Below are positions 55,181 through 64,000 of a stretch of DNA of 64,000 nt, one piece after another. A program made the position numbers and the translations under genes. The notes under the pieces are model-generated. The model was not told the DNA's origin. It saw nothing but the letters and a program-made list of their open reading frames with translations, and did not search any database. The DNA is from Octopus vulgaris (Eukaryota). The DNA lies in contig OX597823.1 of NCBI GenBank assembly GCA_951406725.2, positions 55,366,001 to 55,430,000 on the forward strand, given 5' to 3'. Every line of letters begins with the position of its first letter. Position 1 is the first letter of the stretch.

Positions 55181-55341
55181 GTAGGAGTGTCTGTGTGGTA
55201 AGTAGCTTGCTTACGATGAACCACATGGTTCTGGGTTCAGTCCCACTGTGTGGCACCTTGGGCAAATGTTTCTACTATAGCCTCGGGCCGACCAAAGCCT
55301 TGTGAATTGATTTGGTAGACGGAAACTGATAGAAGCCCGTC

Positions 55342-55412
<71 letters not shown>

Positions 55413-55700
55413 ATATATACATACATATATATATATATATATATCTGTATGTATGTATATATGTATGTGTGTGTGTGTATATGTTTGTGTGTCTGTGTTT
55501 GTACTCCCAACATCGCTTGACAACCCATGCTGGTGCGTTTGCGCCCCCGTAATCTAGTGGTTCGGCAAAAGAGACCGATAGAATAAGTACTAGGCTTACA
55601 AAGAATAAGTCCTGGGGTCGATTTGCTCGATTAAACCTAAAGGCGGTGCTCCAGCATGGCCAGAGTCAAATGACTGAAACAAGTACAAGAGTAAAAGAGT
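55181..55700 (+). mobile_element. SINE family A, full length
   Basis: Same layout as 18144-18586; preceded by another copy's 3' half at 54820-55138. Confidence 0.94.
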
Positions 55701-55776
55701 ACTACTATCATTTGTGATATCACTGCGGCTTTGTACCTGTTCACCTCAATACAATTACTGTTTCTTTTGTTGATGC

Positions 55777-55813
<37 letters not shown>

Positions 55814-56169
55814 AAGCAACAAGACGGGAAAGGGTGATTAGGAGACCACAGACCTTGAAAAAAAAAACTTTGTTCGTCTTGTAGTCGAGGGCTCTTCGTT
55901 GGCGCCCAACACCACTGGGAGGTGGCCCTCAAAGTTCCTGGAAGTTGAACGGCTGTTGTTGCTGCTGGTGTTATTTTCGTTGACGTTGAGGCCGTACAGT
56001 TGATATTCACAGTTTCTTCTTCATATAAAAAAAAAAAACAATAGTTCTCAACCATTTTCTTTGCCTATGGATCCCTTTGATTCCTATTTTACCCGGATGG
56101 TTCCTCCTAACAATTCGATGTTTGAAAAAGAATCCTATTATATTTTAATGATTAAATATTATTAGGAAA

Positions 56170-57137
<968 letters not shown>

Positions 57138-57662
57138 GTACTTTGTGTTTTGTAGAATTATAACCAGTTTATTGGAAATAGATATTACCAATAAAATCTG
57201 ATGTGGCCCCCAAGAATCAAACGGATTTCGGTTGACAACCACTGATATAATTTGTGGACGATGAATACTTCGTACAGAATGCGTCATAGATTCGTTTCGT
57301 TTTGAACTTGCAGAACACTTGAATAGAAGTACACTTTCTCACTCTCCTAGACACGTAAAACACAAATTCGTTCAAATGCCAATTTACATTTCGCATACAC
57401 GTATTGTTCTTAGAGTGCATCAGACTTAAATATCTCTTTACATTCTCTTGTTCCGAACTCTGCTGGCTTTGAGAGAGATCAATTGAAATACTTGGGCACT
57501 TGTTTCGAGATTTCTTATATGTGTCTATGTATGTGTGATAATGTGTTTGTGCGTGTGTGTGCACGCGTGCTTATACGCGTATATGCATACAAGCGCGCAT
57601 ACGTGTATATGATATATATGTATGCATATTAATAGAATGACATATAGATAGATAGGAAGAAA

Positions 57663-57698
<36 letters not shown>

Positions 57699-57724
57699 TA
57701 GGTTGAGAGATAGGTTGATAGATA

Positions 57725-57767
<43 letters not shown>

Positions 57768-57779
57768 AGAGAGAGAGAG

Positions 57780-57855
<76 letters not shown>

Positions 57856-57919
57856 GGATAGATAGATAGATAAATGGGTTCATAGATAGATAGATTGATA
57901 GATAGATAGGTTGATAGAT

Positions 57920-58090
57920 ATGTTTCTTTATTAGCCACACAGGGCTGCACACAGATAGAACAAATTACAAGGTAGAGCTTTTCTTTTGAAGGTTTAAAAA
58001 AAAAAAAAAAAATGGAAGGGGGAGTTTCGATCAAAAGGGATCGTAAAAGGAGAGAAAGAGGACAAAAAAAGGGGGGTTAAAAAAAAAGGG
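57920..58090 (-). mobile_element. Tx1-like LINE 3' UTR embedded in (GATA)n
   Basis: Reverse complement ends gcagccctgtgtggctaataaagaaaca then (TATC)n; tail similar to 50155-50180. Confidence 0.65.
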
Positions 58091-58589
58091 GAGAGGAAGA
58101 AAAATAAAAGGTTGATAGATAGATAGATAGATAGATAGAACGTTGGAAAGAGACGGAAAATTACAAATAAAGACTGAAAGTGTAGGAAGATTATATGAGA
58201 AATCTTTATTAAACCTAAAATATGTATGCATAATTAATGGATGTATAATCAATTACGTGAACTTGTATCAAACTCTCCTATCGTGTGTAAGGAGCTTAAT
58301 TGTATGGTCTCCATACTGTTTGTTGTAATTGTATGCGGCTTAATGTATGTACCAATAAGTAAGTGGTTTAAATCATACATATAGCTTAAAATAAGCAAGT
58401 AATATATTAAAAGTATGTGACAGGCATAAGTGATTTAAATGTACATTTGATTTAAATATGTGCGGGTTGTGTGTGTCTATGACTTATACATGTACGTGGT
58501 ATAAATAAAAATTCATATACACACACAGATGCTGAGAGATACATGCACATCTGTACACACAACTACACACAGACACACACACACACTAT

Positions 58590-58757
<168 letters not shown>

Positions 58758-58780
58758 ATGTGTGTGTGTGTGTGGTGCGT

Positions 58781-59190
58781 ATTCTTTTATTCTTTTACTT
58801 GTTTCAGTCTTTTGAATGTGGCAATGCTGGAGCATCATCTTGAAGGGTTTTTAGTCGAACAAATTGCCCCCAAGACATATTTTTTTAAAGCCTAGTACTT
58901 CTTTTATCGGATCCTTATGCCGAACCGCAAAGTTACGAGGACTTAAACACCGGTTATCAAGCGGTGATGGGGCGACAAACACAGACACAATGACAGACAC
59001 GCATACACACACACACACGCGCACACACGCGACAGGCTTCTTTCAGTTTCAGTCTACCAAATCCACTCACAAGGCTTTTATCAGCCACAGACTAAAGCAG
59101 ACAGAAGACATTCGCTCGAGTATCCACGCAGTGGGACTGAACTAGGTACAATGTGGCTGGGAAGCAAGTTTCTTACCACACAGCCACGTG
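58781..59190 (-). mobile_element. SINE family A copy
   Basis: Reverse-oriented tail and head. Confidence 0.9.
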
Positions 59191-59229
59191 TATGAGTTAA
59201 TATATTATACGACATACAGACAAGGTTAA

Positions 59230-59527
59230 ATTTTAAAAAAGCATATTGTCGTGAACATACACGTGCCCGACATATATGATTAGTATGGAGTGTAATTCGG
59301 CAGGATGACTTAAACGACATGCAAAGGTACATGAAACCCAGTTACAACTGCAGCCGGCTATTACCGGTAAAGGTTTTAGTTGCCAATTTTGTACAAGACA
59401 TTGTAGATCTTTAGCTGGGCTAAAAAGTCACATTCGATCACAGCACCACCAGTGGCCAGGTTGTCAGTCATCCGTCTCGCTTTATGACTACACATACATA
59501 CATACATACATACATACATACATACAT
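59230..59527 (+). mobile_element. 3' end of an RTE-like LINE with C-terminal C2H2 finger and (CATA)n tail
   Basis: 59366-59446 translates GKGFSCQFCTRHCRSLAGLKSHIRSQH, matching the RTE terminal FxCxxCxRxCxSxxGLxSHxR. Confidence 0.75.
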
Positions 59528-59760
59528 AGATTCTGCATAAGGAGTAGGAACCACCATGTGTGTGTGTATGTGTAGGTGTGTGTATGTGTGTGTATGTGTA
59601 TGTGTATGTGTGTGTGTGGGTGTGTGTAAATTTATTATTCTAGTACAAGAATGTCTCTCTCATACTGTCTCGTTCCAGCTGCCTTGTTTTATCTCATCCA
59701 TACTACCATATAGAATCACAGAAATAGACTCACTCAAGCTCACACATATATATGAACACG

Positions 59761-59791
<31 letters not shown>

Positions 59792-60248
59792 ACACACACA
59801 TCATATATGCATATACCAGGCAAGTACTGACTGGCAACCATTTTGTCTCACTATCACTATATTCCCGCCATTACGATATCGCTTTTTACCGATAAACTGT
59901 ACAGTTATTTACAATAATAAAGTAAATTTACTGCAGATAAAATCGATAAATTTGTGAAGAAGTTTCGTAATTAACCTAATTACAGTTATTCATAACCTTA
60001 AGCAAGTTTTTATCGGATTTTATAAATAATTTTCATAACTTCTTTTGAAAAAGAAATATTTTTCTTAATACTTCGATATTTTCTCATATTTCCTCCTTCC
60101 TCCTAAAACTTTTTTTTTCGATTATCAGTCAAGAAAAAACAAAAACAAAAGTGGTGAAGGAAGCAACAACAGCAAAAACATGAGCAAAAAATAACTACGA
60201 GAATAATTGATGTAACGATATCAGAAACAGAAAGGAGCAACAACAACT

Positions 60249-60288
<40 letters not shown>

Positions 60289-60353
60289 CGATGATAATAA
60301 CAACAAGAAGAATTTATTTATTTTTATCATCATCATCATCATCATTGTTGTTG

Positions 60354-60426
<73 letters not shown>

Positions 60427-60949
60427 CATAAATGAAGATAATGACAAGACTTCCATGAAAAAATATAGGAGCTTCGAGTTCTTCTGAAGGGAACCTTGAA
60501 GAGTGAATCCGTTTTTGAAATTTTTTTCGTTTACCTTCTTTGTTTTCATATAAAAGAAAGAAAAGATAACCGCTGGCATAATAGCTTGCAATGAAAATAA
60601 TTATAAATTCAGGTGGCGCCTACTACTCTGTGCGCAATTATTTAACAAGCAAATATCTACAGAATGCAAAAACTGGGTTGAAAAGGCGACAAAGCAAAAT
60701 CCACGAGGGTTTAAAAGGCCCTAGATAGGGCCTATCGACTTGCTAGAAATAACAGCCTGATCTGACCACAACCTCCACGAGGGTTAACAACAATATATAA
60801 AGGTTTCAAATTTGCATTGATAACCAGTTAGTAGAGAATCTGCCTGGGGTTAAACTAGTAGTAATAAGAAACAGACTTTAATGTGGCGACTGACTTTACT
60901 TTTTAGTATAGTTACTACTCTGATCTCATCATAGGTTTTCATCTAATAT

Positions 60950-61235
60950 TACTAGGATGGACATAGTGGTCCAGTGCTCAGGTACCTCTTCCACAGGGTC
61001 CTATCAGAAACGATCACCAATAGATGTTCCAGTTGAATTCTCAAGCGGAACCAACTGACACTCTAGATGTTATCTAACAATCTCGTTCTGTGTCTAACCT
61101 AAGATTTCCAACCTTTTGGCTTGGCTTCAAGAATCCGTTTACCGATTCTTTTGCGCGGGATTCTAATCACATGTCCGAAATACTGCGACATCCCAATGTG
61201 CAGCAGTAAGAGCTCCACCTAGAGAGTTTCCTTCA
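60950..61235 (-). mobile_element. RTE-like LINE ORF2 C-terminal fragment
   Basis: LLLHIGMSQYFGHVIRIP..KRILEAKPKG..RTRLLDNI resembles the WFGHVxRM..RPRGRPRTRWxD motif. Confidence 0.7.
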
Positions 61236-61243
61236 TCCCCCAG

Positions 61244-61500
61244 CGCGTGGCTTGATGTTAGAGTGTTGGATTCATGATCGTAAGATTGCGGTTTCGATTT
61301 CTGGGCCAGGCAACGCATTGTGTTCTTGAGCAAAACACTTCATTACACGTTGCTCCACTCCACTCAGCTGGTACAAATGCGTAATCCTGCAACAGACTGG
61401 TGCCCCATCCAGGTGGGGAATATATACGCCACGAAACCGGGAAACCAGCCCTTGTAAATCAACATGACTGGAGAAAATAACTATAACTTTATCTAACTTA
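61244..61500 (+). mobile_element. SINE family C (CORE-type), near full length
   Basis: tRNA head gtggcttgatgttag..ggtttcgatttc, tgtgttcttgagcaaaacacttcat core, ccatccagg..gaaaccggg body. Confidence 0.85.
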
Positions 61501-61519
61501 ACTTGACCTCCCTCATCCC

Positions 61520-61814
61520 CGAACTAGACGCCCTGTCGAGAAATGTTACTCCAGAAGCCATTCGGAAGAACCCCATTTTGGTCGCCTTCATTCGCGATCG
61601 TACTCTTTCGGTTTAAATACAGAACAGGCGATTTTCTTTCTCCGTCTTCCCTTCCTTGGACCTTTCTTTTTTCTATGCTTCTGACGAAGAGCTCCGCTCG
61701 AAATGTTAAATTCTCCTTCTTTCTTTCCTTTCCTGAGCGTCCAATAACACTATACTTGTTCCACGTCCTCACGTTGTTGCGTTTTCCCTTTGTGTTTTCA
61801 TGTTTGGATTAACT
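61520..61814 (+). mobile_element. Penelope-like terminal repeat, family P1 (hammerhead at 61679-61710)
   Basis: tt CTGACGA A gagc tcc gctc GAAA tgtt aaa; ends ttggattaacta at (TA)n. Confidence 0.8.
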
Positions 61815-61823
61815 ATATATATA

Positions 61824-61876
<53 letters not shown>

Positions 61877-62221
61877 GCACATTTATAAGTACATCGCCAT
61901 CTAGTTGATATTTTCTAACCTTCCAATGAAAGCGTCTCGCTTCTGTGCTCGAGAGTGACTCATTTTCAACTCGTAAGACATTTTCTGAATTTAACCCATG
62001 TGAACAAACCAAACCACAACACACGCTTGCACGTATACACACACCCGTGCGCGCGCACACACACACACACGTGTGTGTGCATAATAAAAATCATATAAAT
62101 AAAATTACCAACTAACTAATTATAGATGAGCATGTGTATTTTTTTGTGTGTATGGAACTAAATACTTAAATATTCTAATAACTAAATTTAAAATCTAATT
62201 TCATAACCAATAATTATATAC

Positions 62222-62280
<59 letters not shown>

Positions 62281-62386
62281 GGTATTCATAACGTAAATTA
62301 CTGAAAACAGATGTGAACGTTTGAGCCTAAGTATGTGCTTGTGTGTGTATACAAGCGCGCACACTTATATATGTATGTATGTATGC

Positions 62387-62419
<33 letters not shown>

Positions 62420-62593
62420 TGTATGTATGTATGTATGTATGTATATGTATATATACACGTATGGTTAGACACACACACATGCGTAAGCACTCACGCATAT
62501 GCAGATATGTATGCGCAGATATTTTTATACACATGACTGTATATGAACGCAAGTATATATATATATATATATGTCTATGTATGTATATGTATG

Positions 62594-62658
<65 letters not shown>

Positions 62659-62659
62659 A

Positions 62660-62741
<82 letters not shown>

Positions 62742-62991
62742 CATTCAAATTTCAACAATAAAGAATGGTGTCTCCAGCCGGGAGACAAGGTTCTTGTCAA
62801 TAGAAATTTGGCAACAGTAACAAGGAGAACGACTTCAACTGCAGCTGCTAAAGCAAGACCTATGCCGGAATATGAGAATCTGGCATCGTATTACCGTTTC
62901 ATTCGTGTATGCATAGGTGCCTCAGAGTGTCCGTATAAATGCGTTGATATGATTTTTAACATGTATGTATATATGTATTCATGCCTCTATG

Positions 62992-62994
<3 letters not shown>

Positions 62995-63025
<31 letters not shown>

Positions 63026-63290
63026 TGTATGTATGTATGTATGTATGTATGTATGTATGTATGTATGCATGTATGTATGTATGTATGTATGTATGTATGT
63101 ATGTATGTATGTATGTATGTATGCATTTTTGTGTCTATATGTTTGCTTGCATGTATGCATGCATGGACGGATGGATTGCTGGACGGATGTATGTATGTAT
63201 TGATGTGTGTGTGTGTGTGTGCATGTATGTATGCGTGTGTGCATGTATGTATGCATGTATGCATGCGTACTTATGGATGGGTGTTTGGAT
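62995..63290. repeat. (TATG)n array
   Basis: Direct inspection. Confidence 0.95.
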
Positions 63291-63383
63291 GTATATGTAA
63301 TTATACGTATGCATCTATGAAAGAATGAATGTGAATTATTATTTCAATTTTCAAAGCAAATATACATACATACGTAATACTAT

Positions 63384-63450
<67 letters not shown>

Positions 63451-63570
63451 ATGTATGTATGTATGTATGTATGCATGTGTATGTATAGATATATAGATAT
63501 ATAAATATGTATGTATTTGTCTATGTATGTATATATACATATATGTATATATATGCGTGTATATACATAC

Positions 63571-63639
<69 letters not shown>

Positions 63640-64000
63640 TATACATATATACTTAATTCATATACTACAATTGATCATGATATCTGGGACAATAAAAATC
63701 TGCAAGGTATTCTTAAAATTTAAAGGAAGGTGAACAAAATAAGATGCTTTCCTGTTTAACCTTGCTACCAAACTGGTGGCTGGTCAAAATTTATTCTAAA
63801 TGAAAAAGAGAACAAGCAAATAAACATATGTACGTACCTATGTACTAGCTTATGTACATGCATTTATATAAATAATCCATGAATATCATAGACGATGTGG
63901 GTTCCAGCCCAACGGGCAATTTTTTCAACCTATTTTTTACATGCTGTTTTCCCTTCCTTTATCTAAGGTGGCAAGCAAATAGAATTGTTAGCAGGCTGGA

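Noticed and set aside
59366-59446. C2H2 zinc finger as exon of a host zinc-finger gene
   Set aside because: Single finger matching the RTE LINE terminal motif and followed by a simple-repeat tail
62745-62920. Peptide LQPGDKVLVNRN resembling a Gypsy integrase C-terminal motif or an exon
   Set aside because: Short isolated match with no supporting motifs or clear splice acceptor

Overview
AT-rich, microsatellite-saturated eukaryotic DNA with no intact protein-coding gene that I can support; almost all ORF-track entries are translated (TA)n/(TG)n/(TATC)n/(TAA)n repeats. The repeat families resemble those of Octopus/coleoid cephalopod genomes (inference). Identified: decayed mariner and maT (DD37D) transposons, MITEs, Helitrons, an internally deleted Gypsy element, R4/Dong-, CR1-, Tx1-, RTE- and Penelope-type retroelement fragments, and more than 25 copies or fragments of three tRNA-derived SINE families. 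The main signal is about 10 type I hammerhead ribozyme motifs from at least five sequence-distinct Penelope-like terminal-repeat families, sitting in or next to (TA)n tracts. Several are mirror-image fold-backs with a ribozyme on each strand, and one 362-bp retrozyme-like tandem unit breaks at the predicted cleavage site. Two SINE-LINE 3'-tail partnerships and a partitioning of retroelement clades among microsatellite motifs are also visible. Family calls come from motif recognition, not database searches; ribozyme activity is untested.
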